Source: Spongiibacteraceae bacterium (GTDB lineage: Bacteria > Pseudomonadota > Gammaproteobacteria > Pseudomonadales > CAMLJR01). From it: 64,000 nt of DNA. Numbering within the stretch: the stretch's first letter is position 1; every line of letters starts with the position of its first letter. Location: contig JASGHU010000001.1 in NCBI GenBank assembly GCA_047602265.1, forward strand, positions 2,691,546 through 2,755,545. Reading direction: 5' to 3'. A model generated the notes under the pieces. That model saw only the letters and a program-made list of their open reading frames with translations, did no database searches and was not told the origin of the DNA. Below, one piece after another: positions 49,901 through 59,062 of the stretch. The position numbers and the translations under genes were made by a program.

Positions 49901-50793
49901 CGGGTTTTTTTCGCGATGCTTTTGCCAATCTCATGCAGCTATTCGATAGCGCGGTGCAGGCGCTTATCGAACTCGACGAACCCGAATCGATTAATCCGAT
50001 ACGCGCGCGAGTATCGCTTGAGAAGGAAAAATTAATAGCGCAGGGATTCGCCGAAACTGAAGCGCAGCGACAAGCTGGGTTGCGAATTTTCGGCGCCAAA
50101 CCCGGTGCCTACGGCGCAGGTTTACAGACAATGATCGACCAAGGTAGCTGGAATGACGATACCGATCTCGCAACGGCTTATCGCAACTGGGGCGGCTACG
50201 CGTATTCCCCGCAGCATTACGGCGAACAGTTGCCCGATCGTTTTAGCGAACGCCTCGCCACAATCGATCTGGTTATACAGAATCAAGATAATCGCGAGCA
50301 CGATTTACTCGACTCCAACGACTATTACCAATTTCAGGGTGGCATGACCGCAGCCGTGCGATTTTTTAGTGGAGTTCAACCCACTATTTATTTTGGCGAT
50401 CACAGTAATCCCAATGCGCCGCGCGTCAACTCATTGCAAGAGGAAATCAGCCGTGTAATTCGTGCCCGCGTGGTTAATCCCAAATGGCTCGCAGGCGTGA
50501 AGCGCCACGGTTATAAAGGCGCGGCAGAAATGGCGGCAACGGTTGATTATTTATTCGGTTACGACGCCACTGCGCGCGTCGTCGGCGATTATCAATACGC
50601 CTTGGTGACCGATGCCTACGTCAACGATGCTGACAATCGGAAATTTATGCAGCAGCACAATCCTGCCGCATTTCGCGATATCTGCGAACGACTACTCGAA
50701 GCCATGCAACGCGGACTATGGCAAAACCCCGGTAACTATCGCGCGCAAGTTGAAAATCATTTGCTCGACAATGAGCAGATGCTGGAGCAATGA
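46915..50793 (+). CDS. cobN: Aerobic cobaltochelatase large subunit CobN
   Basis: 1292 aa with the CobN/Mg-chelatase H-family pattern (VHVGKHGNLEWLPGK, SGFFRDAF...). Confidence 0.9.
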   Translation: MHLLATRPGGIVDDAAGFIRVEQDPADIVILTSADTTLALLAAAHTKLPADFPSVRLCNLLYLRQPASVDLYIDEVLRHARVIIVDHLGGESYWPYGIEQLAQLARSHKQTLAMFSGDRCEDSNLINKSTATAAECRELWTYLREGGPANALQFFNFIGQQFLNVPLSSSNGPLLPPRTLPTIAIYHPDHGIAALDDWKASWQANQPTVAIVFYRSHFQSGNTLVFDALCAELQKQKLNPLPIALYSLKDELCLQTLRQLCKDNNVALLLNGTAFCAAEIDGEQLSPLIGHAPVLQIILSGSDRETWQQDTQGLNSRDIAMQIALPEVDGRIITRSISFKGIAYRCPQTQADVVCYQPDAERIAFVTELAARWCRLQTLDNSDKRIALILANYPAREGRIGNGVGLDTPNSAISILRMLETEGYATKNIPGDGDALLGELLGGITNDPDSWMLRPAHQSFSLTDYLKLFSTLPEKNQRDIIERWGEPASDPMLRRDATGLPRFMIAGIRCGNIFVGIQPARNFSSHDKPLEPYATYHSADLVPPHYYLAFYFWLRGVFHCDAIVHVGKHGNLEWLPGKTIALSNECWPDLILGPLPHLYPFIVNDPGEGSQAKRRTQAVIIDHLMPPLTRAENYGPLKDLERQVDEYYEALLVDTKRALLLRKMILANIVENNLHRDLGLELPTNSNDEEVLLTKTDAYLCEVKESQIRDGLHIFGQSPIGIQQRDTLVALARFPLASGTIARAKTIDAPGNMSLLQAISHDLQLHDDFDPLDADWAAPWSGKKPEQLQSISDEPWRHNGDTRERLELFASQLIAETIADFNAGKLDSCPSAQSRQLPQTEHVLQRIRNILLPTLNRCGESELNGLRDGLNGLFVAPGPSGSPTRGRTDVLPTGRNFYSVDTRAVPTPTAWLLGLKSADLLLERYLQEHGDYPRAIGLSVWGTATMRTGGDDIAQALALLGARPQWAPGSYRVTGVEILPMSLLDRPRIDVTLRVSGFFRDAFANLMQLFDSAVQALIELDEPESINPIRARVSLEKEKLIAQGFAETEAQRQAGLRIFGAKPGAYGAGLQTMIDQGSWNDDTDLATAYRNWGGYAYSPQHYGEQLPDRFSERLATIDLVIQNQDNREHDLLDSNDYYQFQGGMTAAVRFFSGVQPTIYFGDHSNPNAPRVNSLQEEISRVIRARVVNPKWLAGVKRHGYKGAAEMAATVDYLFGYDATARVVGDYQYALVTDAYVNDADNRKFMQQHNPAAFRDICERLLEAMQRGLWQNPGNYRAQVENHLLDNEQMLEQ

Positions 50794-50796
50794 GTT

Positions 50797-51852
50797 ATGA
50801 CTAAAGCGCTTTCCAAGCCATTATTTCCATTCAGCGCCCTGCTCGGCCAGGAAAATTTACAGCGCGCATTATTGTTGGCCGCCATCGATGCGAGTATCGG
50901 CGGCGTTCTCATCGAGGGCCCGCGCGGCACCGCTAAATCCACCAGTGCGCGCGCAATTTCCGAGTTATTACCGGAAGGCCATTTCGTCACGCTGCCGCTC
51001 GGTGCCAGCGAGGAACAATTGCTCGGCAGCCTCGATATCGAACGTGTTTTGCAAGCGGGAAAAGTACAATTTTCGCCGGGACTGTTAGCGAAAGCGCACG
51101 GCGGCGTGCTGTATGTCGATGAAGTGAATTTATTACCCGATGCGCTGGTCGATCAATTACTCGATGTAGCTGCCAGTCAGGTTAACGTGATCGAGCGCGA
51201 TGGAATTTCGCATTCGCATCCCGCGAAATTTGTATTGATCGGCACGATGAATCGCGAAGAAGGCGAGCTGCGCCCACAATTGCTCGATCGTTTTGGTCTG
51301 GCGCTCTCGCTCGAAAATTACGCTGACAGAGATCTTCGGCGAAATATCGTTAAATCACGTATTGAATTCGATGCCGCCCCTCACGCATTCCGAGAGCGAT
51401 TTTCAACGCAACAGAAAAGTCTGGCGGAAACTATTCAACGCGCGCGCGCTGATGTCGGAAAGCTAAACTTCAGCGATGCGATTTACGATCATGTCAGTGC
51501 ATTGTGTATTGCCGCCAATGTCGATGGCCTGCGCGCCGATCTGGTCATGTTGCGCGCTGCACGCGCATTGGCAGCACTTGAGGGCGCAGCTGAGATCACT
51601 GTCGCTCACGTCGATGCCGTCGCACAGCTCGCGCTCTACCATCGCCAAAACGGAGCACCGCCATCAGATACACACTCCGCGCAACCCAATATCAGCGACC
51701 GATCGTCTGTAGAAAATGCAGAAAACTTTAGTGCTGAAAGAAACAATACGGGCGTTGACGCTGAAAACGGGAGCTGGGGCGAAATGACGCAGCAACCTGT
51801 GCCTCCAATAGCCGTTAAAGGAGTGAAGCCGCTGCCGCTAAAAAAGCGCTAA
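50797..51852 (+). CDS. AAA+ chelatase ATPase subunit, ChlI/BchI-like
   Basis: FPFSALLGQENLQRALLLAAID...GGVLIEGPRGTAKST, Walker B VLYVDEVNLL and sensor motifs. Confidence 0.8.
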   Translation: MTKALSKPLFPFSALLGQENLQRALLLAAIDASIGGVLIEGPRGTAKSTSARAISELLPEGHFVTLPLGASEEQLLGSLDIERVLQAGKVQFSPGLLAKAHGGVLYVDEVNLLPDALVDQLLDVAASQVNVIERDGISHSHPAKFVLIGTMNREEGELRPQLLDRFGLALSLENYADRDLRRNIVKSRIEFDAAPHAFRERFSTQQKSLAETIQRARADVGKLNFSDAIYDHVSALCIAANVDGLRADLVMLRAARALAALEGAAEITVAHVDAVAQLALYHRQNGAPPSDTHSAQPNISDRSSVENAENFSAERNNTGVDAENGSWGEMTQQPVPPIAVKGVKPLPLKKR

Positions 51853-51866
51853 GCCATCCTCAACCG

Positions 51867-52565
51867 ATGGCAAAAAATTTGGCGCCACGCACAGCACGGC
51901 ACCCCACCGCTCGGAACGTACCTGGAAAGCAGCGCACTGCTTGGCGCGGTATTGATACCAAACAAATACATTGGTATCGCACGCTGCATTCAAAGCGGCA
52001 AAAAAAATTGACGCGAGAGCACCTGCGCTTTAAAACAAAAATTGCTCGCGGCAGTATTTTGCATTGTTTTGTCGTCGATTGTTCCGGCTCGATGTTAAGC
52101 CAGCAACAATTGGCACTCGCGCAAGGTGCGCTACTACAACTGCATCAGCGTGCCTATCAACAACGTGCGGATATTGCGCTGATCAGCTACGCCGGCAAAG
52201 CGGCCATAGTGCATATACGCCCAACAGCGGCGCGACCATTTAATGCTGGGCAGCTGATAAGTACGCCGCCATTAATCAATACGCTATCAACATTGCGTGG
52301 CGGTGGCGGCACCCCTTTTGCGCGCGGCATCGCCACCGCGAACGCGCTGCTTGCGGAAAATCGTCGCCGCAAACCCGAACAACAATCTTGGTTATGGTTG
52401 CTCAGCGATGGCCGCAGTAACGAAACACCAGAACGCCCGTCCGCTGCCGACGTGCTGATAATTATCGACTGCGAGCAACAACGCATCGCGCTCAATCGCT
52501 GCCGCACACTTGCTGAAGCGTGGCGCGCAGATTATCAAACACTGGATGATTGGTTACTGCCTTAA
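51867..52565 (+). CDS. von Willebrand factor A (vWA) domain protein, ChlD C-terminal-like chelatase subunit without an AAA module
   Basis: MIDAS-type DCSGSM in FVVDCSGSMLS, ...ALISYAG..., ...GGGTPFARG.... Confidence 0.7.
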   Translation: MAKNLAPRTARHPTARNVPGKQRTAWRGIDTKQIHWYRTLHSKRQKKLTREHLRFKTKIARGSILHCFVVDCSGSMLSQQQLALAQGALLQLHQRAYQQRADIALISYAGKAAIVHIRPTAARPFNAGQLISTPPLINTLSTLRGGGGTPFARGIATANALLAENRRRKPEQQSWLWLLSDGRSNETPERPSAADVLIIIDCEQQRIALNRCRTLAEAWRADYQTLDDWLLP

Positions 52566-52626
52566 TCGATTTGATAAAGCCTTGAATCTCGAAAGCTGCG
52601 AATCAAAAGAATTAGCTTTAGTAAAT

Positions 52627-53409
52627 TTATATGGCGTTCGAAATCGCTTTTTCAGAATTGCCAGATTCACCATTGGCAAGCTCGTGAAGCCAATCGATAT
52701 TTAAAATTTCGATCTCCCGATTACTGGAATTAAGTAATCCTATCTTCTGAAATCGACTAATAATTCGACTCACGGTTTCGATAGTTAATCCTAGATAATT
52801 TCCAATATCGGTACGCGACATCGGTACTCGAATTTTTCTGGCAGATAACTTTCTTTTTATTTGATAGCGCGAAAGTGTTTCCAAAAAAAAGGCGATACGA
52901 CGGTCAGCCGAGTATTTTCCAAGCATCATAATCATCTCCTGTTCGGAGACGATGGCTTGACTCATGAGTTGAAACATGTGGCGCTGCAACATGGGAAGCG
53001 CCCCGCTAAGTTTTTGCAGATGCTCGAATGGAATGGCGCAAACGGAACTCGTTTCTAGCGCCACCACGGAAGTCGCATATCGATTGCTGCTGAGACCATC
53101 CATGCCGAGGATTTCGCCAGGCAAATAAAATTGTGTAATTTGCTCTTCACCACTTTCCGAAACGGAATAGGCTTTGAAAGACCCCGAGCGCACGGCGTAG
53201 ATCGTAGTGAAAGGCTGTCCTGCGCGAATAATGTATTCGTCCTTGCGCAGCGGCTTTTCCCTCTGCACGATCGCATCGAAGGTCGCGATATTGGGGGATT
53301 CCATGGCAATCGGAAAGCAGCTGCCCTTGAGCATGCATTCGGTACAGGCAATGACGGGGTGAGTGATTCGATCGCTACCGATGACACGTATAGTGCCTGA
53401 ATTTTTCAT
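52627..53409 (-). CDS. fnr: FNR/ANR-type oxygen-sensing Crp-family regulator
   Basis: N-terminal C-x2-C-x5-C (CTECMLKGSC) plus a central Cys (SSVCAIP), a cNMP-like beta-roll and the HTH recognition helix ETVSR. Confidence 0.85.
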   Translation of the reverse strand: MKNSGTIRVIGSDRITHPVIACTECMLKGSCFPIAMESPNIATFDAIVQREKPLRKDEYIIRAGQPFTTIYAVRSGSFKAYSVSESGEEQITQFYLPGEILGMDGLSSNRYATSVVALETSSVCAIPFEHLQKLSGALPMLQRHMFQLMSQAIVSEQEMIMMLGKYSADRRIAFFLETLSRYQIKRKLSARKIRVPMSRTDIGNYLGLTIETVSRIISRFQKIGLLNSSNREIEILNIDWLHELANGESGNSEKAISNAI

Positions 53410-53556
53410 GATGCCCGATCCAATTATTGAACGTTGGAATCAGGTTAAAACCGGCCGCCGCCAAATCAAATATCCTGATACATATATTCTGCACTACCGG
53501 TTTTCAGGTATTGGCGGTGCTTATTTTCCCTAATGTTGAAAAGGCTGTGTGGAAGC

Positions 53557-54189
53557 TCACAGCGAAGTGATGCCTTCGCGAATTGCGTACTTGGTCAATT
53601 CCGCGATGGTGTGCAAATCGAGCTTGCGCATGATATTGCGACGGTGTACTTCGACGGTTCCCGACGAAATGTACAGGCGATCCGCAATATCCTGCGTGCG
53701 CAAACCTTCGGCCAGCAAACGCAGAACTTCGCGCTCGCGGCGACCGAGCTGAGTTTGACTGTCCGTACCGTTTTGTACGCCATCGACCAGAGCATTGGCA
53801 ACTTCGGCACCGACATAATGTTTACCGACCGCAACAGCGCGTATCGCACTGAGCAATTCCGTGCTGGCTGCCGTTTTGGTGACATATCCCGAGGCGCCCG
53901 CCTTCAGCATTTCCATCACGAAGCGCTTGTCGGAGTGCATCGATAGCGCAAGAACCTTGATTGTCGAATGATTGGCTTTGATTTGGGCCGCAATATCTAC
54001 ACCGCTCATTTCGCATAAGCTGATATCCAGAACTACCACATCCGGTTTTAACTCTGCGATCAAATGCAACGCAGAATGCCCGTCCCCCGCTTCGCCAACA
54101 ATCTCGATATCGACTTCTTTTTCGAGTTTTTCTCGCAACGCCTCGCGCAATAAATAATGATCGTCGACGAGAATGACACGGATGGCCAT
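53557..54189 (-). CDS. NarL/FixJ-family response regulator (REC plus LuxR-type HTH)
   Basis: IRVILVDDH..., ...DVVVLDISL..., and C-terminal REREVLRLLAEGLRTQDIADRLYISSGTVEVHRRNIMRKL. Confidence 0.9.
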   Translation of the reverse strand: MAIRVILVDDHYLLREALREKLEKEVDIEIVGEAGDGHSALHLIAELKPDVVVLDISLCEMSGVDIAAQIKANHSTIKVLALSMHSDKRFVMEMLKAGASGYVTKTAASTELLSAIRAVAVGKHYVGAEVANALVDGVQNGTDSQTQLGRREREVLRLLAEGLRTQDIADRLYISSGTVEVHRRNIMRKLDLHTIAELTKYAIREGITSL

Positions 54190-54197
54190 TTTTTTAC

Positions 54198-55322
54198 CTA
54201 ACTGATATGGGTTAATGGCGCCAGGATGACAGCCTTGGTACCGACATTGCGGCGGCTGTCGATGTGAATTCGTCCACCGATATACGCCAACCGCTCACGT
54301 ACATTTATGAGGCCGAATCCACCCTTCGACGTTCTCTTCAAATTATGGGGATCAAAGCCTTCACCGCTATCGGTAACAGTAATTTGCAGTTGTTTTCCAT
54401 CATTATTTATTAGTGAAACATCGATACTCACCGGGTTGGCTGCGACATTGGCATGCTTAACAATATTGAGCAATAGTTCGCGCACAACCCTAAACAATAT
54501 CGCGCGAATGTTCTGATCGAGCGGGTCGATCCCACTATCGGCAGTGATATTGCAATGCAAATCGAAGTCGCGTGCCATTTGTTCCGCCAACCATTCCAGT
54601 GCAGGCAGTAAACCCAAATCATATAGAACCGGCGGTGTCAGTTGTTCGGCCAACGAACGTACAGCGTCATTACTCTGATCAATCAACTTATCCACAACGG
54701 CAATGATCGATACCACTTCTGCACTCAATGTATTCATGGACAAGGTGCCCAATTTTATCTTCGCGATTGCGAGAGTCTGCCCTAATCCATCGTGCAAATC
54801 TCTTGCAATCGCCTGCCGCTCCCGCTCTTCTGCCTTGCTTAGCTCGAACGCCATAGCGCGTAATTGGGCGGTACGCTTGTGTACACGCTGCTCCAGATCG
54901 TTATTGAGACGATGAATTTCTTCTTCAGCGCGACGACGCTCGGTAACATCGCGAATCGCTGCCGAGACCATCGCATCGTTGAGGATTCGCATTGGACTCA
55001 AGCTGATTTCAATGGGAAATTCGCTACCGTCCTTGCGCTGACCGAATAGCTCCAGCCCTGCTCCCATCGGTCGTGCTTTTGCTGAATTGACAAAGTAATG
55101 GCGATGACGGACATGCTGCTGCCGAAAACGATCCGGCATTAGACATTCGATCGTTTTTCCTAATAATTCGTCGCGAGCATAGCCGAAAAGTTTTTCCACC
55201 TGCGCATTGACCAAAACAATACAGCCATCCGCATCGACGATCATCATCGCATCTGGCGCAGTTTCTACGACCTCGCGAAAGGGATTTTGCGCAACATCAG
55301 AGCTTGAAAAATAATTGTCCAT
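54198..55322 (-). CDS. PAS-domain sensor histidine kinase (HisKA_3/NarX-type)
   Basis: PAS (APDAMMIVDADGCIVLVNAQVEKLFGY), H-box RDLHDGLGQTL and an HATPase_c C-terminus (VTDSGEGF...GGFGL). Confidence 0.85.
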   Translation of the reverse strand: MDNYFSSSDVAQNPFREVVETAPDAMMIVDADGCIVLVNAQVEKLFGYARDELLGKTIECLMPDRFRQQHVRHRHYFVNSAKARPMGAGLELFGQRKDGSEFPIEISLSPMRILNDAMVSAAIRDVTERRRAEEEIHRLNNDLEQRVHKRTAQLRAMAFELSKAEERERQAIARDLHDGLGQTLAIAKIKLGTLSMNTLSAEVVSIIAVVDKLIDQSNDAVRSLAEQLTPPVLYDLGLLPALEWLAEQMARDFDLHCNITADSGIDPLDQNIRAILFRVVRELLLNIVKHANVAANPVSIDVSLINNDGKQLQITVTDSGEGFDPHNLKRTSKGGFGLINVRERLAYIGGRIHIDSRRNVGTKAVILAPLTHIS

Positions 55323-55374
55323 GATCAATCGATCGTAAGTTGAGGAAGGTGCGATCAAAAGCTCTGCGGTACGG

Positions 55375-55794
55375 CTATAAATCTTTGGCGCGACTGGCTA
55401 TGAACTCTTTGGTATGACTGGCGGTGAATGTATTGATACGGCTATGAATGAAGAACTGCTTATCCGCATAAGAGCTTAGGCCGCTTATACAGCCTCGACT
55501 TTGCTTGATGATTTTATCAACAGTGGAGAACGTAGCAAAGAAAATAATCGAGAAAGCTACTTTTCTATTATGGGCAATAGCAATTCTTAAGCCTGTCTTA
55601 AGCTTGACTGCCAGCGATACATAAAAATGAAGCGTCGCGCTACCGAATGCACTCTTGACCTTAACCAACTCGCATCGCGCAGCAGCGCATGCGCGAAATA
55701 GCGCCGACACAGGCAAGCGCAAATCTGCCGCACGATTCGCCACGCCGAAACCTTCGCTCGTATTTAAATAATTCCCACCTACCATATGCGTCAT
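55375..55794 (-). CDS. Hypothetical protein (139 aa). Its coding status is uncertain.
   Basis: ORF only. It sits between the pncB remnant and the kinase on the same strand. Confidence 0.3.
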   Translation of the reverse strand: MTHMVGGNYLNTSEGFGVANRAADLRLPVSALFRACAAARCELVKVKSAFGSATLHFYVSLAVKLKTGLRIAIAHNRKVAFSIIFFATFSTVDKIIKQSRGCISGLSSYADKQFFIHSRINTFTASHTKEFIASRAKDL

Positions 55795-55829
55795 CGATTT
55801 CCTTCATCGTTACTTCGCATATTCGAAAC

Positions 55830-57185
55830 TCAACCGAAGATGACATCGACATGATTCGCCAATGCCTTCACATCGTCGGCGATGTGCACGCTATACGGCG
55901 TAGCGTCATTCAATTTTCGCAACTCGGTTGGCAGCAGACTCATTTGAGCGGCGCAATAGGTTCGCGATTCCGTCACCGTTGCCGCTTGATGCAAACGCTT
56001 TCCGCCGCGCATGACTGGCTGTAGCAACGCTTCGCCCGAATAACCGATTGCGCTTTCCAGCGCCAATACATCGTGCGAAAACAGACCACTCGCATCGTAA
56101 AAACGAAACACCTGCTTGCGGCCAGGCCAGGTGCTTTTGCCTGAAGAACGCTTGCGACGCGCAACGCCTGCGTACTCTTGCAGTTTTTACGCGCAATCCA
56201 ACGCCGGTGCATCGCTCGCCACCGTGAGCGCCGTGCCCACACCAAAACCGTCGATGGGCGCACCATTTTTTCGCAATGCTGCAACGGACATTTCATCGAG
56301 CCCGCCCGATGCGAAAATTTGAATGTCATTGAATCCGGCGACATCGAAGCGCGAACGCACGCTCCGACTCAACGCATCGAGATCGCCGCTGTCGAGACGA
56401 ACGGCGCGCACCGCTACTCCCATCGCGCGCAACTGCGGAATTAATGCAACGACCCGCTCAGCACCGCGCACGGTGTCGTAGGTATCGATCAGCAGCGTGC
56501 AATTTTCCGGGTGGTTGCGTGCAAATGCGACAAACGCTTCGCTCTCGCTGCGATGCGCCTGCACGTAGGAGTGAGCCATGGTGCCGAAGGTCGGCACGCC
56601 GTATTCGCGCTCTGCCAATACGGTGGCGGTGCCATCGAAACCTGCGAGATAACTGGCACGTGCGGCAAAAAGCGCGGCTTCTGCGCCATGTGCTCGCCGC
56701 ATGCCGAAATCGATGAGGCGCTTGCCCGCTGCCGCCAGTACACAGCGCGCCGCTTTCGAAGCGATCAGAATTTGATAATGCAAAATATTGATGAGACGGC
56801 TTTCGATCAGCTGAGCCTGCGCGATCGGCGCGGTAATACGTACTACCGGCTCATCGGCAAAAAAAGGTGTACCTTCGGGCATCGCATCGACATCGCCTTG
56901 AAAACGTAAGTTCGCCAAATAATCTGCACATTCCCGATCGCAATGACCAGCAGCGACAAGCCAATCGATTTCATCTTTTCCAAAGCGCCACGTACTTAAA
57001 TAATCGAGCAGCTGTTCAAGCCCGGCGGCGATGAGAAAATTTCTGTGCGGCGGCATGCGGCGCACGAAAAACTCGAACACCGCCGTCTCGTTCATCCGTT
57101 CGCGACGGTAACTATTCAGCATGGTCAGCTGATACAGGTCGGTAAGTAATTCGATTCGGTCTGACCAGAACATATTTACGCGCAA
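55830..57185 (-). pseudogene. pncB: Nicotinate phosphoribosyltransferase interrupted by a single in-frame TAA (56187-56189)
   Basis: The 332-aa ORF (LTDLYQLTMLNSY...GVGTALTVASDAPALDCA*) and the 93-aa ORF are in the same frame. Manual read-through gives LDCA*KLQEYAGVARRKRSSGKSTWPGRKQVFRFYDASG. The stop sits where this family has Tyr (D..YKL). Combined length is 452 codons. Confidence 0.75.
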
Positions 57186-57805
57186 ATATCGTCAGCGTGG
57201 AGATCGTTCAATGTGATTTCCTTGGCACCGAGCTGGCGCAGCTGATCCAATGCTTTCGCACCGTCGTCCGCATGGCGATCCACTGCCCGCATCGCATCGG
57301 TCAAGAGCACGACGTCGTAGCCTTCTCGGCACGCAGCAGCGGCGGTTTGCAACACGCAATAATCGGTGGCCAGACCGCCGATGAATAGGCGCAGGCAATG
57401 TTGCCGCTCCAAGATCTGCCACAATTGCAATTGATCGAATGCGGAATATCCCGGGTCATCGGCAACTGTTCCTTTATCGATGATGAAAGTATTTTTGGGC
57501 AATTTAAGCCGCTTCGAAAATGCCGCGCCCGGACTGTGCTGAACGCAATGCACCGGCCACACGCCACCGTTTTTTGAAAACGAGCCGTGATCGGATGGGT
57601 GCCAATCGCGCGTTGCGATGATGGGTAACCGACAATGCGAAAATATATCGATATATCGATTTAGCGTCGGAATGATTTCGTCGCCATGCGGAATTGATAG
57701 CGAACCTCCAGCTAAAAAATCATTCTGGACATCGATAATCATCAAGGCGTCGTGAATCTCGAGTTGCACAAACGAATCAGCGTCGGCCAACGATTGCTTT
57801 TTCAT
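57176..57805 (-). CDS. pncA: Nicotinamidase/pyrazinamidase (isochorismatase family)
   Basis: ALMIIDVQNDFLAGGSL...ATRDWHPSDHGSF...GLATDYCV, with the catalytic Asp/Lys/Cys triad pattern. Confidence 0.85.
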   Translation of the reverse strand: MKKQSLADADSFVQLEIHDALMIIDVQNDFLAGGSLSIPHGDEIIPTLNRYIDIFSHCRLPIIATRDWHPSDHGSFSKNGGVWPVHCVQHSPGAAFSKRLKLPKNTFIIDKGTVADDPGYSAFDQLQLWQILERQHCLRLFIGGLATDYCVLQTAAAACREGYDVVLLTDAMRAVDRHADDGAKALDQLRQLGAKEITLNDLHADDICA

Positions 57806-57820
57806 AACTCACTCCGAAGA

Positions 57821-58888
57821 TTATTTCGCATGCAGCGATTTACTCGCATGCTCAGCCATCCCGATATAAATAAGCGCACGCTCGTACCAGTGTTGACGGT
57901 CCGGCACGGATGGATCATCGAGATGCCAAATCGCCAATACGGCGCGCGTTAAGGCGCGATGCGCTTGATAAAAAGCGATGAGCGCGCTCGAAGCCCTGTC
58001 GCCCGTAATACTTCGGTAAAGTCGCAACACCGCTCTTCCGACATGAGATGCGCCAAGACGTGTACACTCAAGCGCGAGAAAGGCCAGTTCATCGACCGGA
58101 TCGAGTTCGCGCAGTTTGGCCTCGAATTCGAGGCAGTCGATAATCTGAATCGATTTTCCCAGATAAATATGTTCAGGCCGTAAATCGCCGTGCGCGTCGA
58201 CGACATGATTGGCACGCTCGCTCAACTCGGTGGAGTTATTGACATAATCGAGCAACACATTGCTGATAGCGCCGACACGTCCCACTGGCAAGTTGTAACG
58301 CAGCACGGCAAGCTGTTTGTGATGGCTGTTGATGGCGTCGGCAAGACGATCGAGGTAATGATCGGCAAGCAATTCTACTTTGTACGCGCTCCGGTAAAAG
58401 TCGGTCATCTTCAATAGCAATGAACGGATATCGCGTGGAGCAAGCGTTCGCGTGCGCAATTTATGGTCCAGCATTTTCTCAGCGGGCAGACGCACCATCT
58501 TGACGAGGTAATCGACGATATCGCCTGCACTGCTTTTCATTCGCAGCGGATCATTCATTCGTAACTGACCGTCGAGGCCGCGCCGGATAGGAACGACATC
58601 GAGATAAACACTCGCGGCGAGGCGTCGATTCAACTTCAACTCCTCCCGGCAATAATATTCACGCGCAGTCAATGTGCTGAAATCGAGATACGGTCGGTGT
58701 ACCGGCTTTTTCAGCTTGTACGCAAATTGCGGGGTCAGAAAAACCCACGACATATGCGTTTCGATGCGCTCGATGAGGCCCGTTTCAAGCCCGTAAAATT
58801 TTGCGCATGACAATACCTCGACTTTCTCGGCCAATTCGAATTTAGCATTGTGAGTCATGCTATTCATAATCAAGCGGATTAAATCCAC
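57821..58888 (-). CDS. Aminoglycoside-phosphotransferase-like kinase-fold protein (COG2187-like)
   Basis: ETHMSWVFLTPQFAYKLKKPV...LDFSTL..R...C..E..LNRRLA..VYLDV and HGDLRPEHIYL. Confidence 0.6.
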   Translation of the reverse strand: MDLIRLIMNSMTHNAKFELAEKVEVLSCAKFYGLETGLIERIETHMSWVFLTPQFAYKLKKPVHRPYLDFSTLTAREYYCREELKLNRRLAASVYLDVVPIRRGLDGQLRMNDPLRMKSSAGDIVDYLVKMVRLPAEKMLDHKLRTRTLAPRDIRSLLLKMTDFYRSAYKVELLADHYLDRLADAINSHHKQLAVLRYNLPVGRVGAISNVLLDYVNNSTELSERANHVVDAHGDLRPEHIYLGKSIQIIDCLEFEAKLRELDPVDELAFLALECTRLGASHVGRAVLRLYRSITGDRASSALIAFYQAHRALTRAVLAIWHLDDPSVPDRQHWYERALIYIGMAEHASKSLHAK

Positions 58889-58951
58889 GATTGCCTGCAG
58901 GCAACTATTGAAAGCTTTTTGTTATCGTGAATTAAAAATCCAAAGACGGGC

Positions 58952-58965
58952 TTGACCTGCATCAA
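58952..58965. promoter_or_regulatory. FNR/ANR-type box TTGAC-CTGC-ATCAA in the divergent promoter between the kinase-like/pncA operon and prs
   Basis: One mismatch to TTGAT-N4-ATCAA. An FNR with an ETVSR recognition helix is encoded about 5.5 kb away. Confidence 0.45.
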
Positions 58966-59062
58966 AGTCAACCACAGCGATTTTTTAAAAAATAGCCGTG
59001 TTACTACGCAACTTTATGAACGGTCTGGAAACTGGCGCCATCAAACCGGTAATTCGTCTCTC

